Positions 12,718 to 23,239 of a stretch of DNA of 64,000 nt are shown here, in pieces. Positions within the stretch are counted from its first letter, which is position 1. Each line of letters starts with the position of its first letter. This DNA is from Eledone cirrhosa (Eukaryota): contig OZ024741.1 in assembly GCA_964016885.1 (NCBI GenBank), positions 58,776,001 to 58,840,000 of the forward strand, written 5' to 3'. The position numbers and the translations under genes were made by a program. Under the pieces are notes generated by a model, which searched no databases, was not told the DNA's origin, and saw nothing but the letters and a program-made list of their open reading frames with translations.

Positions 12718-12718
<1 letters not shown>
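10266..12718 (+). mobile_element. R4/Dong-clade RLE retrotransposon, 5' truncated, frameshifted (copy 1)
   Basis: ORFs 10520-11545, 11568-12251 and 12218-12574 are frameshifted pieces of ORF 13063-15564; preceded and followed by (TAA)n. Confidence 0.93.
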
Positions 12719-12769
<51 letters not shown>

Positions 12770-12771
<2 letters not shown>

Positions 12772-15708
12772 TTATGTGGAGTGAAGATGAAAAAACAAAG
12801 GAATTCCCACAAGAAATCTACTTGGCAAGAGAACATCAATCGCCAAATAAACCTTCTCCGATCTGACATAGAAATTTTAACAAACTATAAAGTAGGTGAA
12901 CATGTTAAACAAACTAAACTTAGAAAATTGAAAAAAAAGTACAGTATAAAATCAACATGTGACATAGACATGCTGATAGAAATAATCAAGCAAAAAGTGT
13001 CGGCCAAAGCTGCTTGTATAAGGCGCTTTTAAAAACGATCTAGATTCTACAAGGACAATAATATGTTCAAAAACAACCAAAGAAACTTCTACAGAAAAAT
13101 TGGTAAGTCAACAATAACTGCTAAATCAATACCACCCAAGGAGGAAGTGCAAGAATTCTGGGAAAAGATCTGGGCCGAAGAAAAAGTTCATAACATACAT
13201 GCCCCATGGATAGACAGACAAATGAAAGATACAGCTCACCTTGAGGAACAAACATGGGAAAATATAACAGTTGAACAGTTGCGCTTGGCTCTAAGAAAAA
13301 CCAGCAAATGGAAATCCCCAGGAAAAGACAAAATACAAAACTTTTGGATAAATGCCTTCACAGAGTCTCATGAGCTGTTAGCCCAACTTTACAATGAAAT
13401 AGTTAAGGAGCCAGAAAAGATACCTTCATGGCTAGTTAACGGCATTACATTCCTGCTTCCGAAGAATGATGAGACAAACAATCCCAAAAATTACAGACCG
13501 ATAACTTGCTTGACCACAATGTATAAAATTTTAACATCAGTCCTAACTGAATACACATATGACCACCTGATAACAAATGACCTATTTCCCATTGAGCAGA
13601 AAGGGTGTAAACGAGGCTCATATGGCTGTAAGGATCAGCTTCTGGTTAACAAAATGATACTGGAAGATTGCCATAATAGACACAAAAATCTATCGATTGC
13701 TTGGATAGATTATAAAAAAGCATTTGATAGTTTGCCACACAGTTGGATTGAAAAATGTTTAGAGATTTTCAAAGTATCCCCCGTTGTCAGGAGGTTTTTG
13801 TCATTCAGTATGAAGACATGGAAAACGACACTCCTTTTGAATAGTGAAACAAAATCACTGGAAGCTGGAGAAGTTAATATTAATTGTGGAATTTTTCAGG
13901 GTGACTCTTTATCACCGCTTTTATTCTGCATCGCACTTATACCATTAAGTAAAAGGCTCAATGAAACAAAACATGGATATAAAGTCTATGACAAAACCAT
14001 TAATCACTTGTTCTACATGGATGACCTGAAACTATTTGCAAAAAATGATGAACAATTGCAAGGGCTATTATCCACTGTGAAGCAGTTCAGTGATGACATT
14101 AAAATGGAGTTTGGACTAGATAAATGCGCCAAAGCAACGTTCACCAGAGGAAAGCTGCTGAAGAGTTCAGACATTAATCTTGATCGGGGGAACGTGATAA
14201 GAGAACTTGATCAAGAAAAAACTTACAAATATCTAGGTGTTTGTGAAGGAGACGGAATCAAGCACTCGACAATGAGGGAAAGGATAAGGAAGGAATGTTA
14301 CCGCAGAGTGAGAGCAATCTTAAGAACGGAATTGAATGCAAGGAATAGGATCGATGCCATAAACACGCTTGCCATACCAGTAGTAACCTACAGTTACAAT
14401 GTCATCAACTGGTCAAGCACAGAGATCCGTAGGCTCGATACAAAAATTCGAAAATTCTTAACCATGCACAGAATGCATCACCCTAAAGCAGATATAGATA
14501 GAATATATCTCCCTAGGAAAGAAGGAGGACGTGGGTTAATCCAGTTAGACATTGCGTTGAAAACTGCAACAATTGGATTATCTACATATCTAAGGGAATC
14601 ACATGATTGGATGATCAAACTCGTTTTGAAACACGAAAGCATCAAAAGATCATATTCCATTACAAAAGATGCACAAAGATACAGTAATGGACTACAAATT
14701 TCAGAAGTCCCATTTACTGCTGAAATGGAAAACACAGAAAAAGCAGAGCAGGTAAAAGTAACTGCAAAGAAAGAACTGCTACAGAAACTGGCTAAGAAAT
14801 GGCAAGAAAAGCCTCTGTATGGAAAATACCCAGAGCGAGCTAACAATCCTGATGTTGACAAAACTTTAACCCATCAGTGGTTGGCATCCTCTGGACTGAA
14901 ATCGGAGACTGAAGGACTGATTATATCGGCACAAGATCAGTGTCTGCCAACAAAAAATTACCAAGCCAACATAATAAAAAATGGGTGCAGCCCATTATGC
15001 CGTGTATGCAAAAAACAACCAGAGACCATTGACCATATAATTTCAATGTGCAGTCCTATAGCTCCAACCGAATACCTAAACAGGCATGACAGAGCTGCAC
15101 AATACATACATTGGATAATGTGTAAGCATTTTGACCTGCCCCATCAAAAGAATTGGTGGGAGCATCAACCACCTCCCATACTTGAAAAAGATCACATCTC
15201 AATCTTGTGGAACTTTAGCATCCAAACAGACCGAAAAATAGATGCAAACAGACCTGATATAATATTGAAAGACTTTCAAAAGAGGGTATGCCTGCTAATT
15301 GATATGTCTGTTCCAATAGACAAGAATGTATCTATAAAAACATTTGAAAAATTGAGCAAGTATAAGGACCTGGAGATAGAAATTGGAAAAATGTGGAAAT
15401 TGAGAACTAAAACAATACCAGTGGTTGTAGGCGCTCTGGGAATGATACCTAAGGGGTCTAATGATTACATATCGCAAATCCCAGGAAACCCGCGTATAGG
15501 AGAAATACAAAAGATAGTACTAATGGGAACTGCCCATATACTAAGGAAGATTCTGTCAATATAAGTACATCACAAGTCTAAACACTAAAGATGCATGTGT
15601 GAATATGTATGTTCTTTCTTGAACATGGCGGACCTTGTTGTCTCTTGAGGTCACTGGTTATGACTTGGTGATAACTCTTATGAACATAAAGCAAGATAAA
15701 TGCAACTG
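12770..15708 (+). mobile_element. R4/Dong-clade RLE retrotransposon (copy 2), 5' truncated
   Basis: RT + CCHC + RLE ORF; one stop at 13030-13032 separates the upstream in-frame part; ~145-bp 3' UTR near-identical to copy 1; (TAA)n both sides. Confidence 0.95.
13063..15564 (+). CDS. reverse transcriptase + CCHC zinc knuckle + restriction-like endonuclease (R4/Dong type), 833 aa
   Basis: NYRPITCL, DYKKAFDSLPH, GIFQGDSLSP, FYMDDLK, YKYLG; CRVCKKQPETIDHIISMC; RHD; RPDIILKD..IDMSVP..KLSKYKDL; PVVVGALG. Confidence 0.93.
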   Translation: MFKNNQRNFYRKIGKSTITAKSIPPKEEVQEFWEKIWAEEKVHNIHAPWIDRQMKDTAHLEEQTWENITVEQLRLALRKTSKWKSPGKDKIQNFWINAFTESHELLAQLYNEIVKEPEKIPSWLVNGITFLLPKNDETNNPKNYRPITCLTTMYKILTSVLTEYTYDHLITNDLFPIEQKGCKRGSYGCKDQLLVNKMILEDCHNRHKNLSIAWIDYKKAFDSLPHSWIEKCLEIFKVSPVVRRFLSFSMKTWKTTLLLNSETKSLEAGEVNINCGIFQGDSLSPLLFCIALIPLSKRLNETKHGYKVYDKTINHLFYMDDLKLFAKNDEQLQGLLSTVKQFSDDIKMEFGLDKCAKATFTRGKLLKSSDINLDRGNVIRELDQEKTYKYLGVCEGDGIKHSTMRERIRKECYRRVRAILRTELNARNRIDAINTLAIPVVTYSYNVINWSSTEIRRLDTKIRKFLTMHRMHHPKADIDRIYLPRKEGGRGLIQLDIALKTATIGLSTYLRESHDWMIKLVLKHESIKRSYSITKDAQRYSNGLQISEVPFTAEMENTEKAEQVKVTAKKELLQKLAKKWQEKPLYGKYPERANNPDVDKTLTHQWLASSGLKSETEGLIISAQDQCLPTKNYQANIIKNGCSPLCRVCKKQPETIDHIISMCSPIAPTEYLNRHDRAAQYIHWIMCKHFDLPHQKNWWEHQPPPILEKDHISILWNFSIQTDRKIDANRPDIILKDFQKRVCLLIDMSVPIDKNVSIKTFEKLSKYKDLEIEIGKMWKLRTKTIPVVVGALGMIPKGSNDYISQIPGNPRIGEIQKIVLMGTAHILRKILSI

Positions 15709-15730
15709 TAATAATAATAATAATAATAAT

Positions 15731-16097
15731 GGGCCTGACCTGGTGGTTTTTGACAAGGAAAAAAAGATTGTGTCTGATTGTAGATGTAGTCTGCCCCTTT
15801 GACACAAGAGTGCAAGAAAAGAAGAAGAAAATTAACCGATACCAGGATTTAAAGTGGGAATTAAAAAGGATTTGGGACTGTCATGAGATCAAGGTCGTCC
15901 CGATTGTCATAGGAGCACTAGATACTATCTGAAGAGTTTTCAAGGATGGTTAAAGAACATTAGTCCAACCCCTTTTTTTGGAACATTTCAAAAGACATGC
16001 TTGCTGGTATGTCCTGAATATCTGAGGCTGCAGGTAGTGGCTTGATATTCATTCCAACAAACTTTCCAGTTAAATAACATCAATGACTGAGACTCCA
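15731..16097 (+). mobile_element. 3' fragment of a second R4/Dong-type family
   Basis: PDLVVFDK (frameshift) CLIVDVVCPFD..KINRYQDLKWELKRIW..VPIVIGALDTI; different 3' UTR; between two (TAA)n tracts. Confidence 0.8.
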
Positions 16098-16157
16098 ATA
16101 ATAATAATAATAATAATAATGGTGATGATGATGATGATCATCATCATAATGAGGATA

Positions 16158-16196
<39 letters not shown>

Positions 16197-16700
16197 GTGA
16201 TGGTGGTGATGGTGATGATGATGGTGATGATAATGGTGATGGTGATGATAACAGTGAAGCAGACACAACATAGTAAAACATAGCATGTAATTGCAGGTTG
16301 TATTGAACAGATTTTTTACACTAAGTTCCACCTTGAAATGTGTTGTAGTTATTATTGGTTTTGTTGTTGTTGTTGTTGTCTTTCAGAGCGTGTACTGAAT
16401 GGAATGTATACAAATCAATCATGACAATCACCATCAGCAGTATCAGCATCATCATCATCACCATAAATACCCTCATCATCAATATCATCGCCACCACCAA
16501 TACTATTATCATCACATCACCAATAACATCACCACCATCACCATCACCATCAATATTATCATCACCTCCACTGCCATCACCAACATCATCATCACCATCA
16601 ATATCATCTGCATCTTCATCACCCCACCATCAATATCCTCATCACTTCCACAATCAATATTATCATCATCATCATCATGACATCATCACATTATCATTAA
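16098..16700. repeat. compound trinucleotide microsatellites (TAA, GAT/GGT, TTG, CAT/CAC)
   Basis: Visible low-complexity tracts. Confidence 0.9.
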
Positions 16701-17749
16701 CCTATACCAATAATTGTCAAATAATTGTGTAAGCAATCAAGGATTTAGATGGATTTAGTAATATAACTATGTTTTTATTATCAAGCTGATGTTTGGAACA
16801 TAACTTATCAAAGGTTCTTAGATAAAAATATGTAAGAATATAAATATAAACACCTTGAAACAAGCAGCTTTGTACTGTAGAAACAGAGTTGGTTCCAGGC
16901 AGTTTCATATCAAAAGGATTATTTACTATCACAGTATTCAATATAAGAATGGTGGTTGTGGTGGTAGTAGTGGTGTAATTCTGTGTCTAACAATAGCTCA
17001 TTAGTTGCTATGGAAAGGAAGGGATACTATATTTAGAACAATAGGAATTAAAGTCTTTGACTATTAATGTCTTTTACCACAGGAAATCAGATTAAGAAGA
17101 CATGTGAAAAGTAGAAAACAACACTATGACTACATCGCAGTAAATTTTCACAATAATTTATCCACTAGTAAAACAAAGCTTGCCAAACAAGAGGTTGGGA
17201 GGACTCTTCAGCTTGTTTCAAAAGACATGACAACCTCTCCTGTGCACTTGATAGAATTTATGATCATACGTAAACGAGACACAGATCCCGCAGCCTGTCT
17301 GGGAAGTCAGTAACCCCACATCAGTACTGACTTGGTCTATGTAAACCTGTTCAACTCTTGTTAGAAAAAGCAAACATTAAACGATGATGATATATATATA
17401 TATATATAAAAACACATGCATACATACATACATATATGTATATGTGTGAGTGTTTAAGTGTGTGCTTGTGTCTTTGTATCTGTGTTTGCATTTATGTTTT
17501 TGTTTTATAACAAAAAAGGGATTGATAAAATAAGAATCAAAGTTGAAAAAGTAAATACTATGATCAATATGATCAATTAAATCAAGGCGATGTCCAAGCA
17601 GTCAAATGGCTGAAATCAATAAAAGAATAACAGAATATATGTATATATAGTAGCCTTGCTCGATATATAGAAAAGGCTTAGGTAGAAACTCTGTACAATA
17701 TACTCAAAGTAGATTGTAAGTAGGCGTGTAGTGGGATAGCAGTCAGACT

Positions 17750-18445
17750 AACATAAAGAGTAGACTTTATATGTGGCAGATGCACAAGGATAGTTGGGAG
17801 TAAAATCATCAGTTAAATAAACTTTTTCCAATCCCAGGCATGATGGCTCCATAGAAATGGTTGATAGCTTCTTCTACTTAAGTGATCTGATTAGCAGTGG
17901 AGGTTGCTCTGAGAGCATAGTAGATAGAATAAGAACAAGAAGTTCAGAGAGTTCCTACCTCTGTGGACAACAAAACATTTCTCTCTATGAATGAAATGCC
18001 TGTGTATGATGTACAATGTTGCATGGTAGTGAGACATGGGCAGTGAATGCAATGGAAAAGGGAAGGCTCATGAGAAATAAAGCAAGCATGCTTCGATGGA
18101 TATGCAATGTTAATCTGCATGAATAACAAAGCATGGATGAGCTGAGAGAAAAGCTAGGTATATGAGGAATCAGATGTAGTGTGCAGGAGAGATGACTGCA
18201 CTGGTATAGACATGTAATGTATATTAATGTTGATCATTGGGTGAATAAGTACCAAGAAATTCCAGTGGAAGGAAACTGTAGAAGTGGGAAACCAAAGAAG
18301 ACTTTGGCAAAGATTGTGAGAGCTGTTCCCAAATTTCTGAACATTACAAAGGAGATGGCATATCAAGTGGAGGGATGCTGTGCTGGAAAAGACATGTCCA
18401 ACCCATGCAAACATGGAAGAGTGGACGTAAAATGGTGATGATGAT
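17750..18445 (+). mobile_element. degenerate RTE 3' part
   Basis: Parallels 42850-43980 (ATAGAAATGGTTGATAGCTTC..AGCAGTGGAGGTTGCTCTGAG); ends AACCCATGCAAACATGGAAGAGTGGACGTAAAATGGTGATGAT. Confidence 0.8.
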
Positions 18446-18479
<34 letters not shown>

Positions 18480-18830
18480 GTTTACAAGGTAAACAGAAAT
18501 AACAAAAATAACAAAACTAATGGCACAGTACATGGAAGAAATATATTAATTTAACGCTTGAAATAGCAGGAAGAGAGTTTAACAATTCGGACACTAGTCC
18601 TTCATCAGAAGATAGAGTTAGAAATAGAAGATAAATAGAAAGTAAAGAGTGATGAGAGGACGAACAGGGAAAATGAAGAAAATTGGGGAGAAATAAATCA
18701 CACGTGTATTCAGTCGGCCATATTGCTTCCTTTGGTTTTTGCTGAAATTAAGGATGTGTGATGGATGTCACAACCTTGAAAATATTCATAGGGAAGGCTG
18801 TCAAACCCTCTATTGTTCTCGACCTCTAGT
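18480..18830 (-). mobile_element. possible Penelope-like terminal-repeat remnant with a decayed minimal hammerhead core
   Basis: Minus strand CTGATGA-A-GGAC tagt GTCC-GAAT at 18608-18585; adjoins a CA/TA tract. Confidence 0.4.
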
Positions 18831-18911
18831 GAGGCTTATACCTAGTAGACAGGACCTTCCTCAACCTGCTATCCCCTCTCATTCACCTCCCTTAGCAGTA
18901 ACCATACCTCC

Positions 18912-20018
18912 TCTCGTGTAGCACCCATCCACCATCTGAGTGAGTTTCTTGGTCAGCGTCCAAGTCTCAGACCCGTACAGCAGCACAGACTCCACTACAG
19001 CAATGAAGAGGCGGATCTTCAGGTCTTTACGAAGGTCCGACTTCCACACCAATCTCAATGTGGCACGCTGCCCAGGCTTTGCTCTTCCTCTCAACCACAT
19101 CATCTTCCGTATTCCCAATCTTTGCTCCCAAATACAGGAAGCCCTCAACCAATTCTAGCGGCTTCCCACCTACATTAGTGATCCCCTCTGGCTTCTCAAC
19201 ATCTCTACCAGATGGTGGATGGGTGCTACACGAGAATGTTGAGGATGGCTCTGAACATTAATCAGTATACACTGAGGATGAAAAACTCAGAGCTGTATGG
19301 GAGCCTCCCAAAAGTCAGCTCAAAAGTGACACAGAGGAGACTGAGGTTAGCTGGACATGCTCACCAACATCCAGAGTTGACATTGCACTCAGTGCTCCTG
19401 TGGGAGCCCCTACATGGACACACTGGAAGAGGAAGACCAAGGTTAACGTATGTTGATGCCCTAAGGACAGACACTGGTTTGTTGGAGATGCAGGACATGG
19501 CAGCAATAATGAGGGACAGAGACCGCTGGAGAGAACTCGTCCATGGATCTCAGGAATTTTACCTGCCCTAGATACCTCCTTTACTACCCTGTCCACATCT
19601 TTTTTCCCCCAAGCTCTTCCATCCTCCCTAGTCCCCACTGTTTTGTGTTGGTAACACAACAAAGGTGCCCAGTCCACACTGTAAAGTGATCGTGTAGGTG
19701 TCACGACAAAAAGTACCCAGCACACACTATAAATGTGGTTGGCATTAGGAAGGGCATCCAGCCATAGAAAACCAGCCCCAAAACACCCAGCCCACACTGT
19801 AAAGTGGACGTGCAAAAGACACGGCAAAAAGCACCCAGCACACACTATCAATGTGGTTAGCGTTAGGAAGGGCATCCAGCCGTAGAAAACCAGCCAGAAA
19901 CTCTACTATATGAGCGAGACACGGTCACCTGACCCAACTTGCCTCTAATTGGGACAAACCCGTCTAACCCATGCTAGAGTGGAAGATGGACTTTAATCCA
20001 CGATGATGATGATGATGT
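18912..20018 (+). mobile_element. RTE-type LINE 3' part with an inverted 5' segment (18912-19208)
   Basis: Minus ORF ..VESVLLYGSETWTLTKKLTQMVDGCYTR and plus ORF MVDGCYTRMLR..RRLRLAGH..GRGRPRLTYVD share 27 bp; 3' UTR ends in (GAT)n. Confidence 0.85.
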
Positions 20019-21222
20019 ATACAACACATGCATATGTGTATAATGCTATGTTGGAGCATCTATAATAAATGTTTTTATTTAAGCCTGGCCGGCCACTTCT
20101 CTGTATGCAAATGAGCTTCGTCAGCTCATATACCTAGGCAAAAAATCTCTAAGATTCTAGCTTATTTTGGGCTCAGCAAAAATTAGGTAGATATACAGTT
20201 TTGACAAGCACTAACAAGTGAGAAACAACGTTGTCAGTTGCTTCCCTTGGTTTTTGTTGAGACTAAAGATCTGTGACAGCAGTCGCAACCTTTAAAAGAT
20301 TCATAGCAGAAGGCTATCAAATGTCTTTCATAAACATCCTGTATACATGTATATATATGTGTATAATACTATGTCAGAGTACCTATACTAAATTGTATAT
20401 ATATATATCATCATCATTGTCATTTTAACAGTGTGGGGAGGGAGCTTCCCATACATCATTGTCTGTGGTTGGATCAATATTTAGTTGTTATATCAATGTG
20501 TCCCATGTCTGTTTTAGGTGGAGTTTAAACTTAAAACAGACATTCTTTCACACCTTCCCACTTTCTCTCTCCTTCTCACCTCTGACTCTTTCTTTCTCTC
20601 CCTTCCCACTTTCTCTCTACTTCTCACCTCTGACTCTTTCTTTCTCTCCCTTCCCATTTTCTCTTTACTTCTCACCTCTTTTTTTTTCTCTACCTCTGTT
20701 CCCTCCTAGCCTCTCTCTCTCATATCTTCTATCTCCCCTTTCTCTCTCATACCTTTCTCAACTCTTATATCTTCTATCTCACCTCTTTCTCTCTTTCTTA
20801 GCATCTATCACCCTCCCCACCTCTCTATCCTTCTTCTCATACCAACACCATACCAATTCTGTTTAGAATTACTTATATCTCCAAGGCAGCTCTGTGATGA
20901 TGCAACTCAGTAAAAACAACACCAAGTTATATAATACACGCTCCAACAATTCCTGCAAATGTCTGAATTTCTAGGAAAGCACGCAACCGACAAATTTATG
21001 TAAGCATAAGGAAAAATATACATATAACATAAAGTTCAGAAGAAAACAAAACTGAAAAAAAATTTAAATGTGGATGTAGGTGTTGGCCTAGCTGTGTGGT
21101 CTTGGGTTCAGTCTTGCTGTGAAGCATCTTGAGCAAGTGTTTTCTTCTTCAGACTTGGGTTGACCAATGTCTTGTGTGTGGAATTTGGAAGGCACAAACT
21201 GCAGAAGATCATTGGGTATATA

Positions 21223-21567
21223 CGAGGGTCAGCTGATTATGAAGAAGTGATGCTAGAGCTGTGAAATCTTGCATGCATTAATTTTAAATTCATATTAATA
21301 ACTGAATTGTTTCTTTCCAGGAATTATGTTGAAAAATAAACCTTATTTGGTAATTCCATGAGAGTATCTTGGTCAGCCTATGAACTTTTCATAGGCTAAC
21401 TATGAAGGAGTGATGTTAGAGCAGTGAAATCTTGCATGCATTAATTTCAACTCTTCTTATTAATAATTGCATTGTTTCTTTCCAGGGACTATGTTGAAAA
21501 ATAGACCTCATTTCGTCATTGCATGAGAGTATCTTGGTCAACCTATGAACTTGTTAGCCGACCTTCA
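21223..21567. mobile_element. mariner-type MITE with internal ~160-bp duplication
   Basis: TA-CGAGGGTCAGCTGA ... TTAGCCGACCTTCA-TA termini; block ATGAAG.AGTGATG.TAGAGC.GTGAAATCTTGCATGCATTAATTT occurs twice. Confidence 0.7.
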
Positions 21568-21673
21568 TATATATATATATATGTGTCTGTCTGTCTTTGT
21601 TTATGTCCTGCGACCCAACGAAACTTAAATACCTGTTTATGTCATTGTTGTAATTATATATATATATATATTT

Positions 21674-21704
<31 letters not shown>

Positions 21705-21718
21705 CATATGTGTGTGTA

Positions 21719-21763
<45 letters not shown>

Positions 21764-22050
21764 AAGGTATATATTGAGTTAAGAACTCAAAATAGTCTCT
21801 TACAATAAAATAACTCTAAGAAAGAGATATTTCTGAGCCGTATATTATAATAGAATATAAAAGTAAAATGAACACAGACATATATATATGTGTTTTCAAA
21901 TCGTAAGGGACCTGATTCGCTAAGGTGAAAAGAATACCAACTATAGACAATAGGGTTCGCTTGTCTCAATTTAAGAAAAAATTAAGAAAATAAATACAAA
22001 CCGGAATTGTGGTAACTACCAATCACCCAGACAACTTGTTGTTTCGCAAA

Positions 22051-22910
22051 GTTAATTGTGAATAGAAACTCCAATCCAAAGTTAATTGTGAATAGAAACA
22101 CCAATCCAAAGTTAATTGTGAATAGAAACTCCAATCCAAAGTTAATTGTGAATAGAAACTCCAATCCAAAGTTAATTGTGAATAGAAACTCCAATCCAAA
22201 GTTAATTGTGAATAGAAACACCAATCCAAAGTTAATTGTGAATAGAAACTCCAATCCAAAGTTAATTGTGAATAGAAACACCAATCCAAAGTTAATTGTG
22301 AATAGAAACACCAATCCAAAGTTAATTGTGAATAGAAACTCCAATCCAAAGTTAATTGTGAATAGAAACACCAATCCAAAGTTAATTGTGAATAGAAACA
22401 CCAATCCAAAGTTAATTGTGAATAGAAACACCAATCCAAAGTTAATTGTGAATAGAAACACCAATCCAAAGTTAATTGTGAATAGAAACTCCAATCCAAA
22501 GTTAATTGTGAATAGAAACTCCAATCCAAAGTTAATTGTGAATAGAAACACCAATCCAAAGTTAATTGTGAATAGAAACTCCAATCCAAAGTTAATTGTG
22601 AATAGAAACTCCAATCCAAAGTTAATTGTGAATAGAAACTCCAATCCAAAGTTAATTGTGAATAGAAACACCAATCCAAAGTTAATTGTGAATAGAAACT
22701 CCAATCCAAAGTTAATTGTGAATAGAAACACCAATCCAAAGTTAATTGTGAATAGAAACACCAATCCAAAGTTAATTGTGAATAGAAACTCCAATCCAAA
22801 GTTAATTGTGAATAGAAACACCAATCCAAAGTTAATTGTGAATAGAAACACCAATCCAAAGTTAATTGTGAATAGAAACACCAATCCAAAGTTAATTGTG
22901 AATAGAAACA
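22051..22910. repeat. 30-bp tandem array GTTAATTGTGAATAGAAACWCCAATCCAAA x28.7
   Basis: Units identical except T/A at position 20; unit matches the reverse complement of 23182-23213. Confidence 0.99.
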
Positions 22911-23164
22911 CGTATATTATAATATACGGCTCAGAAATATCTCTTTCTTAGAGCTATTTTGTTGTAAGAGACTATTTTGAGTTCTTAACTCAATATATAC
23001 CTTTGATATGTTCGGCTCCGTTAATTTGTTGAGCTATTTCAAATGTCGAGTAAACCTGGCTGCTATTTTTAGTGGTGTGGGTTTATGAGACACGCTAGGA
23101 TGCCATGTGCACTATTTTATGTATTTTTATATAGCATACTTAGATGTGTCTAGGATACTAATTC

Positions 23165-23239
23165 ATCACCCACTGATGAGCTTGGATTGGAGTTTCTATT
23201 CACAATTAACTTTGCGAAACACCAAGTTGTCTGGGTGAT
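23165..23239 (+). ncRNA. type I hammerhead ribozyme
   Basis: Stem I ATCACCCA (23165-23172) / TGGGTGAT (23232-23239); CTGATGA 23173-23179; stem II closed by GC 23180-23181 / GC 23214-23215; GAAA 23216-23219; short stem III CA..TG; GTC triplet 23229-23231, cleavage predicted after 23231. Confidence 0.88.

Noticed and set aside
17083-17268. Possible exon after ttttaccacAG with an open frame (EIRLRRHVKS..)
   Set aside because: Donor ambiguous, no recognisable domain, not linkable with confidence to the other candidate exons
22051-22910. CRISPR array or telomeric repeat
   Set aside because: Units abut with no unique spacers, no cas genes, eukaryotic context; unit is not a G-rich telomere motif
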